From the NCBI GenBank assembly GCA_000934665.2, contig KZ538275.1:1-64000 (forward strand): a stretch of DNA of 64,000 nucleotides. Reading direction: 5' to 3'. A program made the position numbers and the translations under genes. Each line of letters opens with the position of its first letter. The first letter of the stretch is position 1. This document shows positions 51,326 to 63,908 of this stretch, piece after piece. This DNA is from Catajapyx aquilonaris (lineage: Eukaryota). A model generated the notes under the pieces. The model was not told the DNA's origin and did no database searches. It saw nothing but the letters and a program-made list of their open reading frames with translations.

Positions 51326-53633
51326 GCCCTTCATGTACCCCTTACATGAGGGCAACCGGCACATCACCATGAAGCAAAAACTAGAGGAAATACAAGCCCA
51401 TGATTAAGAGACCTCTTCCTCCCACCCACCCCCAACCCCACCCACCAAAGCTTGGCGTCCCTTTTTCCAAACCCTCCTCCTCCAAAGGGAGGGGTAGGTG
51501 GAAAGAGAGGGTCGGGGGGGGGGGGGGTGACTGTCCAAATAATTCAAATAACACTTAAACACCCAATGAAAAGAAAATCTTATTTGCAACAATGTCGAGC
51601 AACAACCTCCCATGAAAATTAGACAAGAATAGAAGGGGGTCCTCAAAGGTCCCATGATAAGAGACTAGACAAGCCCATTGGCCGAGTGGAGGGTAGCTGG
51701 AAGAGGAGGGGGACCGGAGCCAATGAGGATCCAGGAGGAGACCTTCAGAGTTTGACCCCGCGGCCAGTCCGAAAAAGCAGTCGAGAGGACCCTACGGTGC
51801 AGTGCGGACCTTCGCAGCCAGTGCTCCACAAACCGTTATCCCAACCCACCGGTAAGTAACCCTTAACAATGGTCAAACCCGCCCTCGAATGACGGTTGAC
51901 TGACCTCTAAAGCGTCAGGGTCAAAGGTCACGGATTTAGATAGAAATAAGTTTCTGGTAAGGGCAATAGAGTTTTTGAGTATTTTATTAGTAGATTTTGA
52001 GTAGCGTAGCATGGTTGGTGGATATATGACCTATTATCATCGCTGTGTAACTGTAACCCGATGCGCACGGTGGTCATACCCGACACACACACAAAAAAAA
52101 TGTGCCCTTTGAACCATGAAAAGATGACAGAACCAGGACGCCTAGAAATCCTAAACCTGACGGATTATACCCTGTCCTTGAACCGACCCCTCTTTTCAAA
52201 AGAAAAAATGTCTCCATTTTTGAGTAAGCTTTTGGGAACACCTGGTCAGGTGGAAATACCAGTTTTCCTAATTTTAAAAACGGTTTTTTCTCACGGCTGG
52301 AATTAGGAAGGACTTTTGCGTGAAGCCTTTTTTTTTATTTTTTAAAAAAGGTTTGTTTATTTTTTTGTTTACTTCGCTTGAGGCTACATAGCTGGAGAGT
52401 GTAGTCACCAACCGGCTTCTTCTCTGGTGGCGTCTCCCATGTTGCCAAAACCCTTCTGGAGGAACTGGCAACAACCTGGGGAGTGATAGATGGCAAAAAC
52501 CTACGAACCTATAGAAACCAGGGCTTGTCCCCCCCACTACCATTTACACACACAAAAAAAAGATGGGGTTCTTTTCAGATGGTCACGGCCCGCCATTGTA
52601 CCGGATTTTTTTCCCTATATAACCCGGTTTTTATACCAGGTTTCGGGGATAGAAAAAGTGGTTTGGGGCAGTGACACTTGGGCGGGGTTTGGATAATCAT
52701 ACATAAGGAGTGTTATTTTCTGCGGATAAAACCGCAAACAACTGTTGAACCATCTTCTTTGTCCTGTTGGAGGCTCCATATAAAACCCAAGCCTGGAGCG
52801 AAGAGCAGCAGCTTCCCCTTCTACAATTTTAATTAACTTACATTGGAGTTAATTGCTGAAGGATTGAAAGCACTTGGAAATGCGTCCAACCATCTGTCGC
52901 TTGGTAAGGGTCAACACCTGCCCTGCCCATTTTGTGAATGGTCCCTCAGAAGAAAGTTTCTCTGAAAGACCCATGGATTTTTTTTTGTTGTTGTTGGGGG
53001 GGGGGGGNNNNNNNNNNNNNNNNNNNNNNNNNNNNNGGGGGGGGGAGATGATTGCGTGGGAAACATGGTTGGATCTGCATTTCCTGCCAGAGGTGAGACA
53101 CACCCTCGACACGTGAATTGCAGCATCTAATGGTCAACATGGATGTGGTCAAGCAGATGATATTAGGTTGGAAAAAGTACGAGCCAATCACGGCTTAGTC
53201 GAATATCGATATATATCGCGGGTGGCAGCCAATCGCAGGGCGTCATCCAGTAATATCGCCACAAATAAATTTTACACTTTAAATTCATTTGAAGAAAAAA
53301 AAAACGCTGTAGGGGCGATATTACTGGACTTTTAAAAACTAAACACGTGTAAAAAATTTAGAAAAGGGGACCCAAAGTTAGGTCGGCCCAAACTGCCTCA
53401 ACTTCTAAGAGCCCTCCATTGTCCACCCTCCGAGTCGCCATATCCTTTCCATCCCCGCGTGGTTGCACTTGAGTGACCTCCATGGTACGGCCCTTCTGGT
53501 ATACCGCCCCCGGATGCGGGTGTCCTCCGCAACATAAATGTCCATAAAAAAAAGCAGCAATACACAGGCGTATCTCCTTTAAAAACCTTTTTTTATGTAT
53601 ATTTGTTCCAACCCTACAGACCTGACCAAGAAG

Positions 53634-56600
53634 ATGGCAGACACCAAGACCGGTTCCCGATCCGGGTCCAGGACCAACCTGAACGAGAGCGCTTTACCAC
53701 TTCTGGACGACGAACGATGCGACGTTGAGATTGTGGACAAGGAGGTGGTTGAACTGAAGGAAAGGGCCTCAACCGACAGTGGTAGTGGACACGAGAAGGA
53801 TGACTCCAATCCGGAAAAGAAGGTCAGTTAGAGGCTACCACACTACACCCGCACCCTGTTAGAGGCTAGCGGACGGCTACCCTTTCATATCCGGAGACCC
53901 CGCGATTTTACATACTTTTCTAGGGTTGTATCTGCTGAAGAATATGCTTTTATCCGCTGAACTTCAGCGGATACACGCCTATCCTTCAGCGGGTGAAGGA
54001 TAAGCGTGTATCCGCCGCGCCGGGAAGGAAATCATGGTACAGCGTGCCCCTACCCCTACCACATTCGGTCTCCCGATATGAAAGTCTACCTGATTACACC
54101 CGCACCCTTTAAGAGGCTAGTCGGCGTCTTCAATCACAGCACTTGAAACCAATTGGTCTCAAAGAACCAATGTCGGGAAGAACCTAACGGACAATGACCT
54201 TTTTCATTACCAACAGTGGGGGTCATGAGGGTGGTGAAGAAAAAAAAGGTCTTTTAGTGACCTTAAGAGGCGCGGGAAAGTAGTTAAGTTAGCGGGTCGA
54301 ATACCCGAAACATTTTTGAAGGTTTAATTGAGGGGACTCGAAGGCATGCTGAGTGGATGATGAGCATAAGAACTGGAGGAATGTGTGGCTCATAAGGGGG
54401 GGTCGTTAAGGATTGGTAAAGTTCCCAAACGACAACTTTTTTTCCAGGAGGGTGAGCCTGAAGATGCTAAGAAGAAGAAGGACAAGAAGAAGGAAAAGAA
54501 ACCTAAGGTCCATCGTCGGTCTCCAAGCTACGTCCAAACCTTCACTCTGGGTCTGAATCTGCTGGACCGAGATGACCACAGAATCAACGATCAAGTTAAC
54601 GTAAGATGATTCACCATTTTTTGTGTGCGTGTGTGCGTGTGGTTACGGTCTATTCGACAGAACAGAATGGGAAAGAAGTTCGTTGTCCGGAAGGGGTTAG
54701 AAAAGGGGAGAAGTCAATTGGTCCATTAAGATCCCATTTTCTTCTGACGTGGGAGGGACACACTAGCTCGACGAAACGGAAATGTGAAGAAAAGAAGCTC
54801 TGGTATGCTGAGTTGCACAATATATCAGTAGCAGTGATGATGAAACATGAGGACAGCCAGCTGCGGGTCGTAAAAATCGTATGACGCCATATTTTTCGGG
54901 GGTTTGAAAATGGCGTGCAGTAACATGAAACCGGCCGGCATGTCTACTACTAACACTGGACGCCTGCCTACATTCCGATACCGGCGTCCATGTGACGCAT
55001 TTTGTTCAATTGTCCTTGATGGCCAAGCAGCGTGACACAAATGGCCGGACCTTGTAATCATGCTTAGAAACATGGCTTCTGAGGTGTGGTCCTCCGGTTT
55101 TTTTTTTTTTTTTTTTAGAGGAAGACCTTACGACCTTCAGCACGCGCGGATGATGACCAATTAAAAAATGTGAAGAAGGGAAAAGTTCGTGGTCCGGTGT
55201 AATGACAACGGCGCCGGTTTCCTGCAAATCCGGTTTTGACGAACATGTACTACAGGGTGATGCATTAGCTCAGCACTATACAGTGGCGCACCAAGGAGGG
55301 GCATTTCATAAAAGCGGGAAATTTAGGGGGGGTTCAAGGTCACACGAGCTTAGGTGAATGTGGGAAATTTGAATGGGTGTGTTTTGATGAAATTGCTAGC
55401 ACCCCCCCCCCGACGGGTTACGCCACTGGTACTATAACACGCAAAAAGATTGTCGCACTGTATTCATGTGTCCACGACAATCTTTTTTGCGTGTTATAGT
55501 ACATCTTGTTGCAGGACATGAAATCCCGTTGTGTGTGCACACTTGATGGACCATAAAATAAGGTCAGGTTGAAAACCAGTTTCTGAGTTCAGCTAGTCTT
55601 CCTGAGATGGATATTTTGCCACACCTGCCAGGTCATGCTAATGACCTCTTACCAAAAAATGAGAGCCTGCTTTTGCTCCAAGTTTGGCATGAATGGTGGC
55701 TTCATCAAGTTGGAGACACAGGCAAAAGGAATGCAGAGCGTTGGCTTCCCAAGAATGTTTAGACAAGCTGTTTTTGAAGCTATGGGTTGGGTTTCAGTCA
55801 GGCGAAGATGCGAAGGATGCAGTTCTGTAAATAAATCTGAACAATGCAAATATAAATCTTGACAGACTGCATAAACAGGCTGGAGTGTGTCTGCTTAATT
55901 AACCATCTCTTCCTGCTGAGGGGGATTCAAAGATAGATTCAGCCTAAGAGGAAACAGCTTCCGGTGTGTGTCAATTTATGTGTTAATTGAATTAATAGTT
56001 AGTCGTATTAATTTAAATGTTACAGCTGGGGTTCGAGGATGTGCTGGCAGAACCTGATGCTTCGCACAGCTTTGATGCCCTGTGGCGCTTGACCTTCCTG
56101 GTGTTCAGCGGGACCAAGTTCTGGATGTACCGCGTCCTGGGCGCTGTGGTGGCTCTGCCCCTGGCGTTGGTCTGGGGCCTGCTCTTTGCCGTGCTGACCA
56201 CCCTGCATGTGTGGGCAGTCACACCTCTGCTGCGTGTCGTGGAGCTGATTCTGTCCGTTGTGCGCCGGGTGAGTAGATCAAACTGTAACCAAACTCAGGA
56301 TGGGCTAACGAGACACGCAGATGAAGGTTGCATCGGAAGTAACTTCTGTAACCGATCTTGAAGGGAGCTTGAACCCTGATGATTATTTGGGTAACTTCTG
56401 CTACAATCTTTCTCTAGACGGCTCACAGAGACTGCGGAGTGAAATATGCCATGTTCTTTTGGGGTGGGATCATGACATAAGGCAGGCTTGGAGTCATGCT
56501 CCTAAGCAGTAAAGCAAGGTGCTTGATTTAATTTTCAATTTTTATTGCTGAAGTTTTCATTTAATTGGTCAAAATTTTTGTGAAGGTAAGCGGTGAGAAC

Positions 56601-56981
56601 GGGCTACACGGGTTGAGAAAAAATCATATTGAAATTCCTATAAAGGTCAAAAATCCACTAAATCGGGATGAAAATCGCTGATTTTAAATCCAAGTTAAAT
56701 CTCTAGTGTGCACAAAAACTTCTTGAGACTCTCTCGGGGGCACTGTCACTTAATAATCAGCAAGTAACGAACCAGCTGGTGAGCCTCTTGTGAACCTGTC
56801 CTGGGAGTGCCCCTCAGTCAGTCAGTGCCAGATCATCACTTGACCTTGGTCCATTTCTCTTTGACAGCTGTGGAGCAGCTTGGTTCAGACGCTGCTGGAG
56901 CCGGTGGCCACCGCCTTCGGGGCCGTGTTTTCCAACATACGGGTCCACAAGCAGCTGCCCCCGCAAACACAACAAGTATAA
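53634..56981 (+). CDS. Caveolin, about 232 aa
   Basis: Exons 53634-53822, 54448-54600, 56026-56268, 56868-56981, all phase 0. Signature LLDRD..RINDQVNLGFEDVLAEPDASHSFDALW (canonical FEDVIAEP), then a long hydrophobic intramembrane segment and a C-terminal FSNIRV. A probable non-coding first exon ends at donor 51851|GTAAGT and splices to the acceptor at 53619. Confidence 0.92.
53882..54084. mobile_element. TIR element (MITE) of a dispersed family; partial copies at about 10031-10149 and 11881-11943
   Basis: 18-bp TIRs ctttcatatccggagacc / ggtctcccgatatgaaag. The segments tatccgctgaa and cagcgtg.ccctacccc...cacattcggtct.cc....gaaagtc are shared with the copies in the NFI intron. Confidence 0.7.
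55281..55428. mobile_element. hAT-like MITE in caveolin intron
   Basis: Termini CAGTGGCG...CGCCACTG flanked by a near-identical 8-bp duplication: gcactata (55273-55280) and gtactata (55429-55436). Confidence 0.65.
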
Positions 56982-59210
56982 GGCAGTTTTGCCATCCCCA
57001 ACATATGAGAATATGGGGCTCGACACATCTGCAGTTGAGCCCACCTCCTTGGTTACCAATTTTTTTTGTACCCCCCGCCCCCCTCTCCCGCCCACCCCCG
57101 CGTTACAAATTCTTGGGGTTGTCAGTCACATCTTCAATGGAGACTGCGCATTACTGGCAATCACAAAATTAGCACATGTCAGCCGGGAGCATGAAGATAA
57201 TCCTTAGCTTAACCATTTTTTTCTCCCTGAGTATTTTTTACGCCCTTTTTGAAACACTGGACAATTATGCATTTCTGATTAGATTATTGTGGGACCCAGC
57301 AGAGCAGAGACAATCAATGTTTTGGTACCTAACGTCAAGACTGATCTTGCAATAGGGAAGTCCCTGCAAGGATACCTCGGTTTTGTAGTAGCCTACCAGT
57401 GTTGAATACAGAGGAGGGAACAGCCGCTGGATATTATTTTCGCCTCGTGTAATCAGTATACCTATAGCCTATCTATAGTTGCCTGCGATGTAATTTTGCC
57501 AAGCTTTCCATAGAATTACGTTGCTCCTGACTTCAGTCATTCCATCTGTTCCCAGTTGATTGGGAGGAAGGTACTTAGCGATCAAAAAATGGCCCTTTCA
57601 GCTGCAGCTCCTAACTCTTCCTACCAACATCTTCCTTTCTCCGCAGCAATTCGCCAGACTTCAGTCTTCTGCACTTTTCATTTTTAGTGTGATACTGAAA
57701 TTATTTCCATGACATTTTTATGCCTATGTTATGTTTATGCAGAACGGGATGGAGCTTCTTTTTTATTTGCACCATGTTTCAAAAGTAATTAGAGTAATGG
57801 AAAAAAGATTTTACAGAGTGCCATGTCAAGCCATTGCAGCTATTCAACATAGAGCTAAGTGTAAAACCATGGGTGAATACCATACACCTTTGGTACGTTA
57901 TATCCGCTGTAGCTGTATCTGCAAATTATGGCATTATTGTATTATGAAAATTAATAAAGAAATGATATAGGCCAGGAGTCTTGTCCTTGAGAGTTAAAAG
58001 CAATCGTCTTGCATTCAACTTGCTTCCTTTCGGATTGTTCTTGTCCTTTGCAGGTACCTGACATTCCAGTTGCCAGAAGTGCACATCCCCCAATTAGAAT
58101 ACTTTTTTGCCACTGGATTGGTTTTTTAATGTCCTTTGTGGGAAACATGATACAGGATTTCTGTGAAACATGCAAAACCACAGCAACAATATCTAGACAT
58201 AAAACTATCGACTATAGCAGAAAAAACAATGCAAAGCTTTGCCGCAGGAACAAGCACCATGTTTTGAGATCTAGAACAGTAGACCTTTATCAACTTGCGC
58301 TTATTTGCCTCTGAATACCCGTCTTAAAAACTACAGTTGGCCAGGGACTGGTCTAAAGCTTTGCAATTATTATTCTGACTGCAACTTGTTTACACCTGAC
58401 TGAACCCATGCAGGAACAATAGTGGGGTCGCACAAGTTGTGTGTCAGATTTCCCTGGGGACGTGCATGATCCCCATGTCAATTATTTTAAAAAAGCTCGT
58501 CAGTACCAAAGAAAAAGGCTAGTACTCAGTCTTTCCTCAACAACGACAAAGAGGTTTGATATGTGCAATCTGCTCACTTTCTTGCATCTTTTCACGTTCG
58601 GCTAACCCAACTTGATTATTGTCGATACGTTATATCAGGTACAAAGAGTTTAAATTGTGTCACCAATTGCTCGTGACACGCAAGTCAAGCTTCCTACTTC
58701 AGATCAAGCACATTATTCACAGAACGTAACGTAAAATGTGATTCATTCTAGTCACGGGTGCCACGACTCCCCAAAGTAATTATATTGAGTGAAAGAATGC
58801 TATTAAAGTAATTGTCGGATGTAATTAATACCAAACATGCAACTTTGTAAAATTAAAAGTCAAGAGAACCGTGATTGATCAAACCACATAAAAACCCTGT
58901 CTGAAAACTTTGCTGAAGATGCGCGGCTGTCCTGTCCAAGTATATGAGTATTTCACTTTGTGCAGTCACAAACAATGAAGGACAGTCAACACAACTTCAG
59001 AAAGCCACCGACTGCACCCAAGCAATGCACAAACTTGCTGTGAGAAGTGTGCCTCAAAATAAGTCAACAATTAAATCAAAATAGCCTAACTCATAAAACA
59101 ATGCTTCGTCTCACTGCAACGCATTTAAACGTCACTTCAAAAATATACCTACAAAGGAGAAACCAAAGGAAACCGGCAGGGTCCACTTCGGCACTTGTGA
59201 AGTCCACCTA

Positions 59211-60879
59211 TCAAAACCTCCTGTTTTCCTGCGCAGAGGATGGACTTAAGGAGGCTTCACCAGAACTGGTCATTGCAGGCCTGGGGCTGCTGCCAGTGCT
59301 ACTGCTGGACTCCAGATCACACCACTGCTGCTGCTGCTGCAAGGAACTATTCTGGAGAGGCTGGTGGCGTAACTCATGAGGCAGGTTCACTGGGTCCACG
59401 AAGCCACTGCCACTTCCCTGCAACGGCACAAAGAATTACCAATGCGCAATTGTTCACCAACATACGGATATCCTGTGAAATTATAAGAGAATGGCGCACT
59501 CACTACGTATCCGTAACGACCAGCTTGCTGCCCTCCCAGCATCCCGTAATTGGCCTGCCCTTGCCCTGAGGTCTGCACTGGCCCAAGGCCTGGAAATGGA
59601 TGCCGCGGGGGACCGTGATGCAAGTGGGGCATTCCCCGGTGGGGAGGACTACCCTGCAAGAATGCCTGTGGTAGGGATGCACCTTTCTCTGGAGATCTCA
59701 GTGCGGTTGCTTTGGGTGGGCTGCTGGCTACTTGCTGCTGCTGTGACGGGAAGTATGGCAGCCACCCTGGCAGTCCCTGTCCTTGCGTCACGCTGGGATG
59801 AAGCCCCCAAGAAATACCTTGTGCCCCTGGGGACGCCTCTCTTGGAATGCCCTGGGCAACGGTGTGGGGCACCGCCTGAGTAAAGCCATGCAATGCGGCT
59901 TGTGGAACTCCAACATGGTGTATCATTCCCTGAGTGAGCTTGTGCGATGCTTGGTGGTGCATAATGTGGGGCATTCCCTGAGGTAATCCTGGCATCGTGC
60001 TCTGAGGTATCCCCTGCATCGTCCCCTGCGTCACACCTTTCACCACCCCCAGCATTTCTCCTTGAGGCACTCCTTGTGCACCCCCCTGCGTCGTTACCTG
60101 CGGAATTACAGGCACCGATCTTTGCGGTTCGCCCTGCGTCACTTGGGATGGTCCTCCCTGCGTCCCGCCTTGTGGCATCCTCTGTGCCCCACTCTGAGGA
60201 ACTCCCTGCAGTGCTGGCCTCCCTGAAGTTATTGAGGGTGCCCCTTGTGCAGCCCCCAATGGCAATCCTTGAGAACTGGACTGCATGAACTGTTTCAGCC
60301 ATTGTACCTCTTGAGGAGTCAGCTCATGTCTACTGCCCTCCTGCAATTGTGGGTGTTGGGCTGATTGCGGGCGTGACTGTTGTAACTGTTGATGGGACTG
60401 CAACAATTGGTGGTGCAACTGCAACTGCTGCAGATGCGACTGCTGTCCTGGTGGCAAATGTGGATGAGCAGGTTGGTTTGCCTGCATCTGTGGCTGATGC
60501 TGGTGTGGCTGTTGATGTAACTGCAAAGGTGGTTGCGAATGGTGATGTGAGAGTACCCCCCCAGACGGGATGTTGAAACCAGGTGGTGGCCTAACTGGAT
60601 TGGAAGGTGGAGCGGACCTGGGCCCCTGGGGGTACTGGCTACTGTTTCCACTTGACATCATCCTCAGCTGTTGAATGCACTGTAATTGCTGCTGCAGGGT
60701 TGTAGGCGTGACAGGCGGACCCAGGAAGGGACGGTGGGGATGTGGGATGAAGCTAGGGTGAGGCGCTCGATGCAATGGAGGGCAGAAGCGATCTTCAAAG
60801 GGAAACATGTTTTGCTCCATGCGATGGTCCGCCTTCTCTCGCCAATTCACACGCTCTGGAGACCTGTTGCTACCATCGC
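59211..60879 (-). CDS. Terminal exon pair (distal isoform) of an unidentified gene entering from beyond 64000; Gln/Pro/Gly/His-rich disordered C-terminus
   Basis: Pyrimidine-rich acceptor ...tattttgcag at 60880 (phase 1). The 1376-nt open exon 60879-59504 ends at GTA|GTGAGT and splices in phase 0 to 59417-59211, which ends in TGA. It lies within the 546-codon stop-free ORF 59387-61027. No recognisable folded domain. Confidence 0.75.
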
Positions 60880-62453
60880 CTGCAAAATAGTCACAAAGGA
60901 AGGGATAGTCTTTTGAAAAAAGGTGTCCATCTAATGCACAGTTCAAAGATATTTCAGTTCTTTTTATTCCAGTTTGATCAAGATCTTGCAAGAGCATCAG
61001 GATCATATTTTCATTCCACAGCCTCAAGAAGGGAATGTGTACCAGGGTTGTCTAGAGTAAAACAAGGATGGTGTTGCTACCCCCACCCCAGCCAAAACAA
61101 AAGAAAACGAAAAGGGCAACAACACTGTAACCACCTCCCGACCCACATCCGATAGTCACCCCTTCTCCCTGGCAACCAGCACAACAGTAACGTAGAACTG
61201 CCGGGAAAGATTAACATAAGAGTACAGTAGCACGTTGTTTCAATGTACGCATCATTTCCCCCCCTCTGAACTTAAGGCAACATAACAATGGAGGAAGTGC
61301 CTTAGACTTATACATAGAAGTCACAAAGTCACCATTTAAACAGCAACATAAGAGAAGGTGAACCAGGAATAAAATATCCGAGGTCCACAGAGAAGCCTAA
61401 TACTTCAGCCGTTCAGAAAGTCTGCAGGCTTCTTCTGCTAACTGCAATTAGCGAACAAGGCCCATTTTAACTGTGCTGGCACATTCACAGAGCATGGGAA
61501 AAATGTGATTTGCAACAGTAATGGCACCTTGGAGATTGTTTATTTTTGTAGCTAATCTACTGCACCACCACCATGGCTGGGTGTAGCTGAGCGAGCATTT
61601 GGACGAGGTCATGCTAAAACACCTTTTGCATTCTTTCCAGTGCGCAGCGCAAAATGGTTGTGCACTAGCACGTTGTACTTCTAATGACAATCCCATAAAG
61701 TGATGGTCTAACTTGAACAATAAAAAATATGTTAGCAAAAGTCTGCCGTATAGTTCGTGGCTCACCGAAGAAGCCTGCACTGCCAAATGTACCCTTGTTA
61801 AAAATTCAGGTCTATGTGAAGGAAGTCCATAAACTTTCGAGCGACTACAAAATATCTAGCCTTGACAACCATGCTACAAACTTCAGTCTCCAGGTAATTG
61901 TTTCAAAATTAATATAGGTTACTTCATCACCCACATGCTGGGCTCGCTTCCTCTCTAACAAGAAAGTAGTTTCCACACCACAGTCAGCGTTGGCAGTAAC
62001 CTTGTCAATCAATAATGTCATTTTGCAGTCCATCAATGGAATACAACAAAAATAGCTCCAAAAATAAGCAACTGGAGATCACGTCGTATCACATAGCATG
62101 GAATCACCTCAGTATAAACTAGATTGGAAAGTCTTATTGATCACATTGTTGCATCTAAACAATAAAATAATGGTACCAGAATGTGAGTGGGAAAAAAAAC
62201 TGTTGATCACCCAAAAACTTTTCAAAATTAAAAACATGTTAAAACCGGCATGCCTTCTATATCTCCTCGACCAACTGAGGTGAAGAGTTCATGTTGCATG
62301 CACTTGGCAAGTATGTTTACATTCTCCACTGCAGTTTATTGGCACAAATGAGTTTCCTTTTCAACATGGATTAAGACGAGAAAGTGTGCGGATGGGACAT
62401 GGAGAGTCAAGCAGCAAATCTTCGTCTAATTGCCCTCCCAACATGTTGCAAAT

Positions 62454-63316
62454 TTAGTTTTCGGAATGGGATTGGGATCGCATGTTACTGGACCGGGTGA
62501 ACACCCTTGTATGGTAAGGATTTTGCCTCCTCCCCCCCTCTCCTCCCCTAGCACTGCCCCGACCCACCCCATCTCTGTACCACCCTCCGCCCACCCTGGG
62601 ACCATCCCTGCGCTCAGGAGCCATCTCTTCGGTGCTGTCGGATGCAACTGGATGCTTCCTCTTTTGCGAAGCTTGCTTGGGAGGTGGTGCTGCAGGTGGA
62701 GCATGTGATGCTGCAACAGTAGGAGGACCATGTGGAGGCCCAGGTGCAGAACCTCCAGCTGACTCTGATTCACTCCGTCCATCTCCTTCCTTCCGCTTAG
62801 CCTCCTTCTGCCTCTTGGCCCTTCTCTGCCGCTTTCTAGCTTCCTTCTTTGCTACAGCAGCTGCTGCTGCGGCCGAATCCGCACTACCATCCACCACCTC
62901 CTCATCCCTCTCTCCTCCTCTTCCCTTCCCACCCTGCCCACCACCCTCTGCCCCACCTTCCTGCCCACCTGTGCCTCCAATAACGACGGTCCTGACTGGC
63001 TTCTGCTGGTTAGCAGTCTTTTGCATTGCAGCCTCCTCCTCTTCTCTGCTGACGACCGACACATCCGCAGTCCTCCTCCGCCTCTCCTTCCCCCTCCCCT
63101 GCTCCATCCCGCCTCCCGCACCCCCAACCCTCTGGCTCTCCCTACTTGCCACTCTACTCCCATTGCTATGAGGAAGATAAGAGGGAGGAGGCCCAGGAGC
63201 AGGTAGAGGGTAGCGGGTGTGGTAGTTCTGGTGGTGGTGGTGGTGGTAGTTCTGGTGTTGGTAGCTGTGGTGGTAGTTCTGCTGGGAAGGAGGGCCACCC
63301 TTGCCACCCGCCTTGT
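62454..63316 (-). CDS. Terminal coding exon (proximal isoform) of probably the same unidentified gene; His/Gly/Arg/Lys-rich low complexity
   Basis: Acceptor cccctctttgcag at 63317 (phase 1); 863 nt open to TAA at 62454; AATAAA on the - strand at 62335-62340. Contains QNYHHHHHQNYH, poly-Ala and a basic KKEARKRQRRAKRQKEAKRK stretch. Confidence 0.7.
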
Positions 63317-63420
63317 CTGCAAAGAGGGGCCCATGCAGTTTGTATTGTGTTTCACTGGCTTTTGACTTTTCTTGGTCATTAACTGGCACCCTATAACTAG
63401 CCCTCCACAACCTTTGTTCC

Positions 63421-63638
63421 AGGGCAGTTCCAAAATGATTTGCAATTTATTTCTTTGCCAGTAATACAGGGCTCTCGCAGGTTGGAAGACGGCCACACAT
63501 TATCGAGAGAATCCTCCTGGAGCCTCCTGTTCATTCAGCTCCAGGAGGATTCTCTCGATAATGTGTGCCCATCTTCCGACCTGTGAGAGCCCTGTATTAT
63601 TGGCAAAAAAAAAATACAAATCATTTTGGAACTGCCCT
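63421..63638. mobile_element. Fold-back MITE, about 100-bp arms, 14-nt loop
   Basis: 63421-63523 is the reverse complement of 63538-63638 (agggcagttccaaaatgatttg...cacacattatcgagagaatcctcctggagc). Confidence 0.85.
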
Positions 63639-63747
63639 CGTATGTCTATAGATGAATTTTTAAATGAATGCAACTGAGTTCCACACACCACAGTTCGCGC
63701 AGCATGCACTGTAGGAATGATCAGTGATAGATGATAAGCTCTCTGCA

Positions 63748-63908
63748 CCGTCGGTTAGAGGATTTCCTTACCACATGAGGCGGATAAATTAGCCTCCGAC
63801 AGAGGTACTGCCTCCCCGTAATGCAATGACTCGCACTCCCCTAGCTAGCACCTATGTTGGAGGCTCATTTCTCCACCTCATGCAGTAAGGAAATCCTTTA
63901 ACCGACTG
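63748..63908. mobile_element. Second fold-back MITE, about 60-bp arms
   Basis: ccgtcggttagaggatttccttaccacatgagg... versus ...cctcatgcagtaaggaaatcctttaaccgactg-TA. Confidence 0.75.

Noticed and set aside
62632..63496. Antisense and alternate-frame ORFs over the last exon (also over NFI 22933-23431)
   Set aside because: Shadow ORFs typical of GC-rich low-complexity coding DNA.
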